NCBI GenBank assembly: GCA_030390025.1
Contig: CM059434.1
Coordinates: forward strand, 25,978,001-26,042,000
Direction of reading: 5' to 3'
Origin: Squalus acanthias
Taxonomy: Eukaryota
DNA: 64,000 bases
Shown: in pieces, positions 49,824-62,299 of the stretch
How positions within the stretch are numbered: the stretch's first letter is position 1
Layout: each line of letters opens with the position of its first letter
Notes under the pieces: generated by a model
What the model was told of the DNA's origin: nothing
What the model saw: the letters and a program-made list of their open reading frames with translations, nothing else
Database searches by the model: none
Position numbers and translations under genes: made by a program

Positions 49824-49949
49824 CTGTTTTTTCACAGTCTTCTTCATCACTGTTATCAGAGCAATCATCCTCTCCATCACATCGCCACGACAACCGTATA
49901 CAGCGTCCTGACTTGCAGCGGAACTGGTCTGTAGTGCACTGTGAGGCAG
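49824..49949 (-). CDS. LRP4: LRP4 coding exon (~exon 8), LDLa repeat
   Basis: 126 nt; gcgcag / GTGACA; encodes [41 protein letters not shown]. Confidence 0.95.
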
Positions 49950-50096
49950 CTGCGCAAGAGCAAAATGCAGCATATTTAGTCCTTTCCTCTGATTGGCCAG
50001 TAATAGAAACTATTATGTTATTGGTCACTCATTGTTTCCCAGATATTTGTTTAGAACATTTTTTTTTTTTGAAGATGGTGATTTAAAAACACTCAC

Positions 50097-50216
50097 TGCA
50101 ATTTCTCTCATCGGACTGATCATCGCAGTCAAAATCGCCATCGCACCTCCAGCCAGCATTGATGCAGAGCCCACTGTTACACAGAAACTCACCCGACCGA
50201 CACGGATGATGGGAAG
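50097..50216 (-). CDS. LRP4: LRP4 coding exon (~exon 7), LDLa repeat
   Basis: 120 nt; ctccacag / GTGAGT; encodes [39 protein letters not shown]. Confidence 0.95.
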
Positions 50217-51314
50217 CTGTGGAGAATGACCCCAAGAAAACTAATTTAGTACATGTGTAAAGGTAGAAGCTCCCATTTTAAAATTACAAATTCCTAATCA
50301 ACAGGCCTGTAAGGGATTTTTTTTTAAGCCCTTCCAACAACAATAATATATTCTTTTAAATAATTTTATGAAACCTTTTAGGGGGATTAAAATCCGATAA
50401 CCTTATAAGTGTAAAATCTAAGTAAGTCTCCTGTTTCCCATTTGTAATTTCAAGTACTTGTTTGTGTACTGGTCGAAGAACTTCAATTATAATTTATGAA
50501 ATATCTTCCCGGCAGGTGCTGTTGCATTTCTGTGCCTCTGCCACTAGAGGCTCACGGTAAGCTACGTAAGAGTTGAATTTGTTCAAGTCATAGAAACTGA
50601 TACTCTCACATTTCAATTTAATTCACGGGTCCAACTGCTTTAACACACTGAAGGTTGTCACCAAACAAAGGCTGGTATTAAAAATTCTTTCTACCCTGGC
50701 ATATGAACAATTCCTAATTATCCATGTTTGAAGCTCTAAAGATTCTGAAACAGAGTGTTCCCACTGAACATGTGTGAGCTTCTAGAATTTTATAAGCATC
50801 CTGGGATCTCGAAGCTCATTGAGAAATAAAGCTGCCATATTTCGGATCTCTGCATGATAATAATAGACAATATCTGACAACCACAGCAGGTTTATTCATC
50901 ATCTGCATGAAGCTACATAATGTTGACTATTTCTTTGCCACTTTTCTTCACTCTGTCCCTCTCCTCAAAGTATTGACACTTTGCAGGTGTACGATTCCAT
51001 GAGCAGCGGCCACTCTCTGGTATCTTACTCTAATAACTGTTATTCACTTCAGACGTTCCAGTGAATGTCAGTAGGCTCTTCTACCACAGGGAACATCACA
51101 GCTTAGCACAATCCTGTACTCACTCTATTTCCACATATACACACTTCCAGCACCAGTAATCAGGCACTTTGGCAAACACTTCCCTCCCAATTTGTATCAT
51201 ATCTACCACCACCCTGGTTAACTCAGCTAATAAGAATGCGCCAGTGTGTCACACCCTTCCAATTTTTCTCCTTCCCTCAGCGTAAGGTCCTGGGCTTTTC
51301 TCCTAATGTATATT

Positions 51315-51550
51315 TACAAAGCAAGTCTTGATTTTCTATAGCACCTTATCACACCTCAGAAATGTCTCAAAGCACTTTCACAGTGAATTACTTTTTAAGT
51401 GTTATTTTAGTATGTAAGTGAAATGTAGCAGCCATTTTGCACACAGCAAAATCCCACAGTTAATCTGCTTTTGGTTGTGTTGGTTGGCCAACTTCCTGCT
51501 CTTCAAAATAGTGCCATGACATCTTTTAAGGTGCACGTGAACCTGCCTTT
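51315..51550 (-). mobile_element. Decayed Deu-type SINE fragment
   Basis: GCAGCCATTTTGCACACAGCAAAATCCCACA and CTTCAAAATAGTGCCATG match the reverse complement of other copies. Confidence 0.6.
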
Positions 51551-51995
51551 TAAATAGAGCAAGAATGTGTCTTATTGTTCTATGTCAAGTAATTTAAATG
51601 GCCACAGCACAAGGCCACCCTGGTCAAAGTCACCAAGACAGCCTGTATGATTGGAAACACGGTGCGTTATCCCTCCCCATTCTCCTTGTCCTTCCATGAT
51701 GTTCAACATAATAAACATCTTCCTCCACATTCTACCTCTGGGTGGTTGCCTGCACTTGGTTCCATTTCCACTGGCTACAGTGGGACAGCTCCAGAAATGG
51801 CTTCTCCTCCCACTCACCTCTGTAGTACTCCAAGGTTCCATCCTTATCCTCATTTACGCACTGCCCCTTGGAGACATTATCTACAGGTATAGGGTCAGCT
51901 TTCGTATGTAAGTGGACAAAACCCAGTTTAATCTCTATCGCCACCTTCAAATTCCATGATCACCTCTGTTCTGTCAGACTGCCTATCTGAAATCT

Positions 51996-52178
51996 TGATG
52001 TGGAGATGCCGTTTGTTGTAGCGAATAATGTGAATAGATTTTGTCTGGGTTTAAATTGTGAATTCTGGGAGATTCTCTCATTGCTAACTTACCTGACGAA
52101 GGAGCGATAGCTCCGAAAGCTTGTAAAATTATATAAATCTGTTGGACTATAACCTGGTGTTGTGCGACTTCTCATTTT
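51996..52178 (+). mobile_element. Penelope-like element, family A: inverted tail stub plus one pseudo-LTR
   Basis: 12-bp TSD TATCTGAAATCT (51984-51995, 52179-52190); stub TGATGTGGAGATGCC matches the tail at 58218; CTGTTGGACTATAACCTGGTGTTGTGCGACTTCTCA identical to the 58-kb copy. Confidence 0.8.
52089..52126 (+). ncRNA. Minimal type-I hammerhead ribozyme motif
   Basis: UUAC-CUGACGA-A-GGAGC-GAUA-GCUCC-GAAA-GC-UU-GUAA. Confidence 0.75.
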
Positions 52179-52764
52179 TATCTGAAATCTAGCTGTTAAT
52201 CAGGCAGAAGTTTTTCCAGTTGAATATTGGGAAACCCAAATCCATCCTATTCAGTTCCATCCAAAACCATTGTACCCTTTCCCCTGACTATATCCCTCCC
52301 AAGCTACTTGCAAAGGCTGCACAGTAGATTTGCAATCTCTGTCTCCTGTTCAGTCCTGAACAAAGCCTCTAATCCCCTATCCATCACTAACACCACCTTC
52401 TCCTGTCTCCACAACGTTGCTCTTGTCCTTCCCTCTTGCCACACTGCCACTGAAATCCCTATCCACGGTTGTTACCTCTAAGACTCAACTTCGCCAACTT
52501 TGTCAGACTCTCAAACTCCACGCTACACAAATTCCAACTTGTCCAAATCCCTGTCATCCATCTCCTGTCTCGCACTAAGCTTTACTCATTAAGCACCCCT
52601 ATCATCACCAACCTCCACTACTGTCTCTTACCACACCAGATTCAAAAACCTTGTACTCATTTACAAATCCTTCCATTGTACTGCTCTACTTTATCTCTGC
52701 AATTTCCTCTAGCCCTATGCCCTAGCCGATGTCCTACAGTCCTCTAAATCCGGCCTCCTGTGCA

Positions 52765-53946
52765 TATTCAGAAGGCTTTCGATAAGGTCCCGCATAAGAG
52801 ATTAGCGTGCAAAGTTAAAGCACACGGGATTGGGGGTAAGGTACTGACTTGGATAGAGAACTGGTTGGCAGACAGGAAGCAAAGAGTTGGAATAAACGGG
52901 TCTTTTTCCGAGTGGCAGGCAGTAACTAGTGGGGTACTGCAGGGATCGGTGCTAGGACCCCAGTTATTCACAATATATATTAATGATCTAGACGAGGGAA
53001 CTAGATGTAATATCTCCAAGTTTGCAGATGACACAAAGCTGGGTGGGCGTGTGTGTTGTGAGGAGGATGCCGAGAAACTCCAGTATGATTTGGACAAGTT
53101 GGGTGATTGGGCAGATGCATGGCAGATGCAGTATAATGTGGATAAATGCGAGGTTATCCACTTTGGTGGCAAAAACAGGAAGGCAGATTATTATCTGAAC
53201 GGCAATAGATTGGGAAAAGGGGAAGTGCAATGAGACCTGGGAGTCCTTGTGCACCAGTCATTGAAGGTAAGCATGCAGGTGCAGCAGGCGGTTAAGAAGG
53301 CAAATGGTATGTTGGCCTTCATAGCGAGAGGATTCGAGTACAGGAGCAAGGATGTCTTGCTGCAGTTGTACAGGGCCTTGGTGAGACCACACCTTGAGTA
53401 TTGTGTGCAGCTTTGGTCGCCTTATCTGAGGAAGGATGTTCTTGCCATGGAGGGAGTGCAGCGAAGATTCACCAGACTGATACCTGGGATGGCAGGAATG
53501 ACGTATGAAGAGAGATTGGGATGATTGGGCTTGTATTCGCTAGAGTTTAGAAGAATGAGAGGGGATCTCATTGAAACTTATAAAATTCTAACAGGACTAG
53601 ACAGACTAGATGCAGGAAGGATGTTCCCGATGGCGGGGGAGTCCAGAACCAGGGGTCACAGTCTAAGGATAAGGGGTAAGCCATTTAGGACTGAGATGAG
53701 GAGGAATTTCTTCACCCAGAGAGTGGTGAACCTGTGGAATTCTCTACCACACAAGGCAGTTGAGGCCAATTCATTAAATATATTCAAGAAGGAGTTAGAT
53801 ACATTTCTTAAGGCTAAAGGGATCAAGGGATATGGGGAGAAAGCAGGGACAGGGTACTGAATTTGGATGATCAGCCATGGTCTCATTAAATGGCGGAGCA
53901 GGCTCAAGGGGCCGAATGGCCTACTCCTGCTCCTATCTTCTATGTT
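52765..53946 (+). mobile_element. Young 5'-truncated CR1 (HER1-like) LINE: RT C-terminal half and 3' UTR
   Basis: QKAFDKVPHKRL...QGSVLGPQLFTIYINDL...KFADDTKL...RPHLEYCVQ; a single reading frame broken only by two TGA stops. Confidence 0.95.
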
Positions 53947-56900
53947 TCCTCTCTCCAGTCTCTTCACTCGATGCCAATCTTGGTTGTACTCTCTGGAACA
54001 CTTTTCATAAACTTCCCTGTATTGCTAGTTCTTTCTCCGTCTTTAAAAAGCTCCTCAAAACCTTACTTTATGACTGTGCATATGTCATTTTTCTTAAATT
54101 CTTCTGAAACCACTCAGTCCGTGCTCTCCAGTGTGAAGAGCTTGATACATTTTATTACATTAAAGGCGCTATACAAAGGCTAGTTGTCATTGTTGGAAAG
54201 ATTTTTTTCATTGCAGCCCTCAAATTGTTTACTCAAAGTGCCCATAGCACTTCATCAGTCTCCAAATCTATTTCTGGATGTTTCTGTTCAGTATTACATC
54301 CATCAAAGAAGAATGCCTGTGTCTGAAGGCACAACATAAACCAAGCATAGATGTTACTGAAAATGGCGAGTCTTTGCCCCTGGCCAGAACAATGGATTCC
54401 TGAGGACCACAGAAAGATACCTGGACTCTTTAGAAAAATATCCTTTAGAGACTGTCTTTGATGTGACCTTTTTGGAACATATACAAATATGATTTGTCAC
54501 CATCTGAATTCTTTTGCTATTTGTCCATTTTGAAAATTACAGAGGGCAGGATTGTTGATTACCCAAATAATGATGGTCTGCAGTGTTTGTCAAGACATTT
54601 GGCGGGTATCTTTTGCGTACTGAAATGTGGCTCCACCACATTGCCTATTTTTCTCCTTGTCACATTCCTCTCTTATGAATTTATTACCCCTGTTTAATTA
54701 TAGTCATGAACAATTTAACCTTTGAGCACAGAAATATTTTTAGTATCTGAGAAATAAAGATGTTTTCCATCACTAATCTTCAAAATGATCTCCAGCTGGA
54801 GAATAAAACTGAATGAAATCACTTTGGAATATGCTTCTATTTAGACAGAGCATATAGTGGGAATGGACTGAAAGGCTGAAACGCAATTAAGGGGATCAGA
54901 TCAAGTTGTGTGTCTTGAGAACAAAGATTAGGCAGATTTAAAAAAAATCAAAACTCTAAGATTGTGTCACCACTCATAACATAAACCCAATATTCTTCTG
55001 TTTCTTGTAACATATACCTCGTTGTGTTCTTTCTTTAAACTGTAAAAGAAAAAGGCATCAGAGCTTTCTTGTTTGTGCTCATATGTTAAGTTTCTGCCGA
55101 GAAGTGTTCAGTTACTGGTGTCAAATTTCATTAAGGCCTATTATTTGTGGTGCGGATGTGCAACATGTGACACGCAGAGGGAATTTTACTGGGAACAAAA
55201 TATGTGCTTTCCTCATATGACAGGAAGGAACAGTTTTACTTTTAAAAATAGCAGTGTGCTTCATCAGGAGGGTTACTGTGCAGTGTGTGTAATAGATGGA
55301 TGGGTTGATTCAATAGACAGTAATAGGCAACGTGGACGGTTCCATAGGATGACAACTGCACAGTTGAGGAGATGCTGACAATGAGCATCAACATGGCGCA
55401 AATTGAAAGGTGTGTGCTGTGCAGTATGGCTGGTGTGCAATGTGACAGATGTGCGAGATATGGCCGAACGTGTGAGGTTTAATTCGTGCGTGACGTGATG
55501 TGGAAATGTATGATGCAACAGGTGCACAGGTGGTCTAAAAAGCAACAATGAAGAAAATACCTGCATGTTCTGACATTTGAATCCGCATCTTATAGAAAAC
55601 ATGAGGGTGACGAGTCTGAAATGCTTGGTACTAACTCTATTACAGTGCATTCTAAAGGAATGGACAGTACCAGTACAGGTGACAGAAGTTTACGGTTTGC
55701 AAAGGTTGCGAGGTGTGTATGTTGGATATACTAGATGGGAACATATAATGAAATCTGGTACCTGCTTTAACAATGCATTTCACACTGGGGGAAAAAAACC
55801 ACTTCAGTTCGTAGACCACACGCAGTCCACCAATTAAAGTCAGGTTTTATTATTTCATAATTATCTCAAAACGTCTGGACAAGTATTTCAAATTACTTGG
55901 ATCCTTCTTGTTATTGTAATAAGCACAGCTTAAAAGACACCACTGCAGGATTATATTACTAATCACAGCCTCTCACTGGAATCGCTCGAACAGAACCACT
56001 CAGCTCAACACTTCAATTTTAAACAGCTACTGAATCTTTCAGTCTGCTACAACCTACATTACGGTAAAAAGTAAATGACTGCCTTTAGTAAAATATAAAT
56101 CAAGCCAAGCGGATAAGCCTTCACTTCTTACGTTTTCAACTAATTCGTCAAATGCAAACTGTATCATTTAACTAACAGCTGTTATTTTTATGGATGTTGA
56201 CCATGTCACCACAAATAGGTTGCTCCTGTAGAAACTGAGATTTCAATCCATTTAATGTTCAAATTAATAATCAAATGGAGTCTTCCAGTCTCATTCTACC
56301 TCTCAAAGTGTGTCCAGGGCACACAGGATAACTAATCTAATCTTGTTGCATACTACAGGTCCCATAGTTATTCAACAGATTTTGTTGCTCAATTCCAACT
56401 AATTCCACAATCTGAATGTGTTCTCATCCAACACATCTTCACCTTCACCTAGATGAAAAATAGGAGTCTGTGACCCACAGCCACTTTGCTTAAAGGGATA
56501 TTTTCAATGTTTGAAAATCACTGGCAATCATGATTTACTAACTTGTAAAAGAGCTTATTTTGTGATTGAGAAGCTACGTTTAAAGGTAGCGCAGGACAGA
56601 GATAGAGCTACAACACCGTAACCCCGATTCTCCAACATGCACTACACTCCCATTGAGTGAGCACGGCACTGGAGAATCATCCCTGTAATTCATGCTGTAA
56701 CAATCCAATTCAGATTGTCCCTCCCTGAAACGGTGTGAATCCACTTTTAAAACATGCTGAGCACACGTAACATTCTAGCTTTCTTTCTTTTTAATGCTGT
56801 AAGTTCCTCTCCTTTTGTCCCCCGAAGTTATGTCCCTTCACTCCTGTATTTCTGACATTCTCCTTGGTCAGCAGTGCAAGGCAATCGAAACCCAGAACAT

Positions 56901-57905
56901 CTCCCCAGTCGCTGTCAAAATGGTCCCCTCATCGACCCACCAGCAGTCACAATCCGGCAGTGCAGATGGGGCTCTCTCCATCCCTGCCCGTTTGCTTCCC
57001 TTCCCCAAACAACACAGCCAGCCAGACAAATTTGGCCTCCAGAGGAAGCCTGGTCATGAATATCAGTTGAGTCTGGTATCCAATGCCTAGCTGATGGCAA
57101 TCAACACAGTCTAAACTTCTTCTTTGATCTTTGAGGATGGCATTAAATAGTTTTGACAGGAATTTCAGTTTGGAAAAGAAAGAATTAATTGTTGTAACAA
57201 AGTGTTTAAGTGGTTTAGAAAATCTACACATTGATTTCACCAAGTAAAAATAATTTTAATTGTGCAATAATGCTTTGTGGGGGCGGGGGAGTGTAGTTTT
57301 ATTTACAACCTGAAACATTAAAGCTTAATAGTCAGTGTGCAGATACTTCACAAAACCATGATTCATTTCTGCCTGAAATTACAGCTCGCAGCACATTTAT
57401 CCAACCTTTAACCTTGAAAATGTGAGAAAGCAACTTGCAATATTTGCGTAATGTGTTATTTGTGGACAAAATGTGGAATGAAGTGCCACAAAGGGGATAT
57501 AATGGACAATGATGTGTCAAACAAGTGAAATTTTAAACTTCCAGCATGATGTAGCGAGTTTTAGAAGGGTTATGCAAGCATGCGGTTTCCATTTCGGAAG
57601 CGATATGCAAGTGCACCAAACGGACAGCCATAAAAAAGTTACTTTTCATTTTATACACCCGAATTAGTACACAAATATCTCACAACCTACACTTACCAGG
57701 TGGGATCCAACCTAAAGTAACACTTCACTCTTCACCACATCCCACCGAACTCTCCATGTAGGACATTGTGTAAACTGTCCAACAGTTAGTGCAAACAAGG
57801 AGCCACACATATCCTGAAGTTGGAGGCCATCAGGCCGTGACAAAATACAGTTGCATTTCCTCCTGATTTTAATTTAGAAATAATAATAATATAACAGTCA
57901 CTAAC

Positions 57906-58034
57906 CACAGTCTGATTCATCAGACCAGTCTCCACAATCATCATCCCCATCACAGTGGTATATGTCAAGAATACAGCGGCCATAAGCGCACTGAAACTCC
58001 TCCACACTGCAGTTGGTAACAGGAACATCGGCAG
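57906..58034 (-). CDS. LRP4: LRP4 coding exon (~exon 6), LDL-receptor class A repeat
   Basis: 129 nt; acceptor tttttttag, donor GTTAGT; encodes [42 protein letters not shown]. Confidence 0.95.
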
Positions 58035-58305
58035 CTAAAAAAAATTTAAAAAGATTAAAGGCAGTCTTAATTGGGTACAATGTTATCTGGGAAATTACTG
58101 CATCTGTCTGTCTAACTACCTAGTCCCTTTATTCAGATCATTCTAGAACTTTATTACAGTTGCAGCAACCAGTCTCTCCATTTGGTTTGATTTCCCATCC
58201 CTTGACTAAAGTGGCCATGATGCGGAGATGCCAGTATTGGACTGGGGTGGACAAAAGTGAGAAGTCGCACAACACCAGGTTATAGTCCAACAGTTTTATT
58301 TGAAA

Positions 58306-58343
58306 TCACAAGCTTTCGGAGCTGCTGCTCCTTCGTCAGGTGA
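58306..58343 (-). ncRNA. Minimal type-I hammerhead ribozyme motif (sense to LRP4 pre-mRNA)
   Basis: UCAC-CUGACGA-A-GGAGC-AGCA-GCUCC-GAAA-GC-UU-GUGA. Confidence 0.75.
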
Positions 58344-58481
58344 AGTGAAGAAATACAAATTGGCACAGCATATATAGACAGAGAACAATGCCTGTGCAGA
58401 GTACAATGTCTGGAATTGTTCTCTGAAGCAGAGGCATTGTTCTCTGTCTATATATGCTGTGCCGATTTGTATTTCTTCACT

Positions 58482-58519
58482 TCACCTGACGAAGGAGCAG
58501 CAGCTCCGAAAGCTTGTGA
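58482..58519 (+). ncRNA. Minimal type-I hammerhead ribozyme motif (mirror copy)
   Basis: Identical motif on the plus strand in the right arm of the palindrome. Confidence 0.75.
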
Positions 58520-61500
58520 TTTCAAATAAAACTGTTGGACTATAACCTGGTGTTGTGCGACTTCTCACTTTTGACTAAAGTGGACAGTGCTCAGTCAGGC
58601 TTCTGGATGGCTCACTATGTGGAAACAAAGCTAATATTGTATGACTACATTGGCTATGGTTGTCGAAGGGTTAACCAGTACTATTTTTGGCTTAAGTTCT
58701 TAATGGAGGATTTGAGAATAGGTGAATTTCACAAAAATAAAGACAATTAGAATTCTGCCCAGGCAAGAATTGGCGCATGATAACAGTGATGAAATCATTT
58801 TAACCATACCAGCTATTAACCAGTTCTTCTCCTTGGCACAGGTAGAGTAGACATTGATTATTTTCTTTTGATATTAAATTGCTGTGGTGAGAACTGAAAA
58901 CTGGTGTTCATTACATTGTATGGTCATTGTTTTCCTACATTAACACCTATCACTCCATGAGATGGTAATTTCAGTGACATTTCAACACACTGACATTCTC
59001 CTCAACACTTTTAACTCAAAACAGATACAGCTGCCTCGGAGCCAAACAGGTTTCCAGGAAATGTTTGGACGCATCAGCTTGGTGGCTTCGCGGCACTGTA
59101 GGGCTGAACACTCCTAACTTCCTGTCAAATTGGGCACCCTAACACAAGACTGAGGAAATGCATTGTAAATTAAGTTAATGGCTATGTAACAGGGCACAAA
59201 ATGTAATCAAGCCTTTTAATACTGATTGCAGTGCAAAACAATCCTTAATGTGCACCCAACGTGGAGCCATCTCTACATTAAAGAGCCTTCACATTAACAG
59301 AACACTCAATTGCTCAAGCTAATGAGATGTTTTGTTTTGCTGAGGTTTTATATTCGTCAAGATAGGCAAACTAGGGGTGGGAAATGAAACTCTTTTTCTT
59401 ACAGTTACCATAGTAGAGGTTAGAAACTGAGAAAAAAACTCACTACTTCACTAAGACACCTTAATGCCAGTCTCAGGAGACCCATTATTGCATGAGTGTA
59501 ATATTTCCACCTTCCACACCACTCTAATATTTATGCATTTCTAAAGTACATACAGCAGGATATTGCACCTTTTTAAAACTATATATATGCACTAAAGAAC
59601 CTGTTCCTTTAGTGCCAATTTTTTTCCCGAAAATTTACTTCTCAATGGTTTTAATTATGCCAAGTTACCTATCTAGAAGAAATCATTAGTTTCCACATTG
59701 ACCACCAAAGAATTCTGGTGCTTTAATTATTAATCTACTGATTGTAGTGAGTGTTTTACTTAATATTCAGGTCTAAAATTAGGAAAACAGGCTGATTAAA
59801 TAACAATATAGAATTCGTCAATTGAAAATGGCTGACTGTATTTACATAGCAACCTGATCATGGGAACAAGTCAATTAAATCACTGTCCGAGTTTGTGACA
59901 GACAGTAGCTATTAGATTTTATGATTTTTGTCTATGTGCCAGACTTCAAGTAATTCCAGAGTTAGATAGGGCAAATACTGAAAAAAAATCATAAATAAGA
60001 TAATGATTTTTCTTGTATTTGTTCATTACTTTAGTTTGTTCACTCATTTCAAACTGGTCAATAACTTCTTGTAAGTGGTAGTAATATTTTTCCCACACAA
60101 TTTTTACAGACTTAATTTCACCGTAGTTAACAATTGTCAGTCTTAAGAAATATGCTGTCATTGTTTGAATAATTTCTGGGTGTTGGTTTCTGTCCGAGCC
60201 TACAATTACAGGATTTACTGACAGCTGGCGATGGATGCCAAATATTTAATGACGTATGTCAAGTTACTCACAAATAACCCAGCCCGGCCCCAGGATTGTA
60301 TTAAATTAGACACCAATAAAACCTCAACAGATAAAATTTACCAATGGCATGCGGATAGCCCGACAAATTCTCAAACAGTAGCTTTAATCTTGTTGGCCCA
60401 CAAAGGAAATAGTGTAATCTGCACCGCACCGAATCCTCACATTTCCAACACAGAAATGAATCGATTCATTTCAGAACAAGTCATTCTAGTTAAGGTCTGA
60501 ACTGAACATTGCATACAGTGTCACAGTCAGGAGTTCCTGCTGCTTGTCCTAGCGGATACCGCCTGTAAGCAGGTTTGACAGATGTCTGAAAGTGAGAACC
60601 AGTGTAACTTGAATTCTTTGAAGTTTAAAAAAAAATGTTCTCTATGAACCATTTTCAAACACAGCCACAATTGACAGCTGCTTTGTATCAAAAGGAATGC
60701 ATAAAATGCGGTTCTAATGAAAACAGTTATCGGCCTGCACATTTCCAAGATCTCAGTCCTTACGCATACCACCTGCATGCTATAAAAGAGAATATTTGGT
60801 GTTTTCCCCTTTGATATGAAGGCTTTGAACTTATCGTTTGTCTGGTGTCAACGACTCTACTGACGTTTGTTTAGCTATCGGTGAAAGCTGTGCACAGAAG
60901 CTGAACCAGTTCCAGCAATTAGTTCTTCTTAAAGGCGCTGTGTTTCTTTACTTTATCCTACCCAAAGCAGAGGCCAAAAGTTGTCCCAAAAATGCTGTCT
61001 GTTCGTCAGGTCAAGCAAAATAACCCAGTGCTGCAGCAAGCTACACTTTCAAGGACCATATTACTGCGGAAAACATGAATCAGTCCAACCAGCTCTCCTA
61101 TGTTTGGCTGGAGTTTCAAGTGTAAGAGCACAGTCTCTCACCATTGAGGATGATACTCTACACCATGTCATTAAATCACAGTTTCACCATTTCTTTTGCT
61201 TTCTCTGGCTGTTGAGTGACAGAAAGCAAGAGAATACTTTGGAAGGTGGGGGCGGGCAGGGTTGAAAACTATCCCAGCATTCAAAATGGTAGCGAAGACC
61301 CTCCATTGAAACTGCAGAGCTTGCAGTTTTAATAGAGGGATTTCATCTGCGAACATTCAGAAAGTCCACTCCCTCCACACCCCCCACATGTATTCTCTTG
61401 CTTTCTCTTACTTTTTCAAGAAAAAGGAAAGGAAAACCAAGTTAGTGGCACTCAGACCTATAGCTAGGTGGACCATGAGATAGAGGAAATCAAGAGGAAA

Positions 61501-61632
61501 AAATGTAAAAAAGAAAAGAAATAGAAAATAATATAGGGAAAGCAAAAACATAAAAATAAAAGGGAGACGAGAATAATGGAAGAGAGACAATTACATCACT
61601 GTTGCAAAGAGTGGATACTGCATCCTTTAGTC

Positions 61633-61857
61633 TAGTGTCCTGGCCAATATTTATCCCTCAATCTATATAACAAAAACGGTTTATCTGGTCATTATCACAT
61701 TGCTGTTTGTGGGAGCTTGCTGTGTGCAAATTGGCTGCCGCATTTCCTACATTACAACAGTGACTACACTCCAAAAGTACTTCATTGGCTGTCAAGTGCT
61801 TTGAGATGTCCGGTGGTCGTAAAAGGCGCTATATAAATGCAAGTCTTTCTTTCTTTC
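61633..61857 (+). mobile_element. Deu-type SINE 3' half
   Basis: GTGTCCTGGCCAATATTTATCCCTCAATC...AAAGGCGCTATATAAATGCAAGT(CTTT)n. Confidence 0.85.
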
Positions 61858-62299
61858 TGGTGTGGACTAGTCAAAGAATTCAAGATATATTAGTGTGTTC
61901 CATTAATGTATGGCTCTAGTAAAGCAAGTGGGAGCTAATTTTCTCTGCCTGCTCTTATGACACTCAAATGCACACAAGGAGCTGTTCATTGACCTGCCAC
62001 TGCCTGTGTAATTCTTAATGATCAAAAATAGCTGATGGGATCATTAGTTCTCGTTAATCATTAAAACGTGAGCAATGGTGCAGAGAGCTAACCAGGGTTT
62101 GTTTTTGCTTTTTGTAGCTGAGCTTTGTAAAAGCTGCTTTTCTACTGCAGCCGACGCTCACCCTTCCCAGTGTATGCCGCTTCATCCAGATCATTTCTGG
62201 TTGGTAATTGACTGCAAGTGCTTCTTCCTGGAGATGTGAATGGGTCAATAATAACCGAAGAAAACCGGTGAATCAGAGCAGCTGCATCGGCGATAATAG

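Larger units (their letters stand above)
51570..54195 (+). mobile_element. Old L2 LINE fragment interrupted by Penelope-like and CR1 insertions
   Basis: QGSILILIYALPLGDII..YRVSF RT remnant, TLHKFQLVQ...LSRTK...TPIITNLH, tail AAAGGCGCTATACAAAG near 54165. Confidence 0.7.
58215..58573. mobile_element. Penelope-like inverted pseudo-LTR element, family A (near-perfect palindrome)
   Basis: 142-bp arms 58252-58393 / 58432-58573 with 1 mismatch; one-sided 37-nt tail 58215-58251; flanking direct repeat TTGACTAAAGTGG (58202-58214, 58571-58583). Confidence 0.85.

Noticed and set aside
58252-58573. Long palindrome as an assembly or chimeric-read artefact
   Set aside because: It has a flanking direct repeat, an asymmetric tail and an arm mismatch, and its layout recurs at 47.6 and 52.0 kb. 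An artefact is unlikely, though long reads would settle it.
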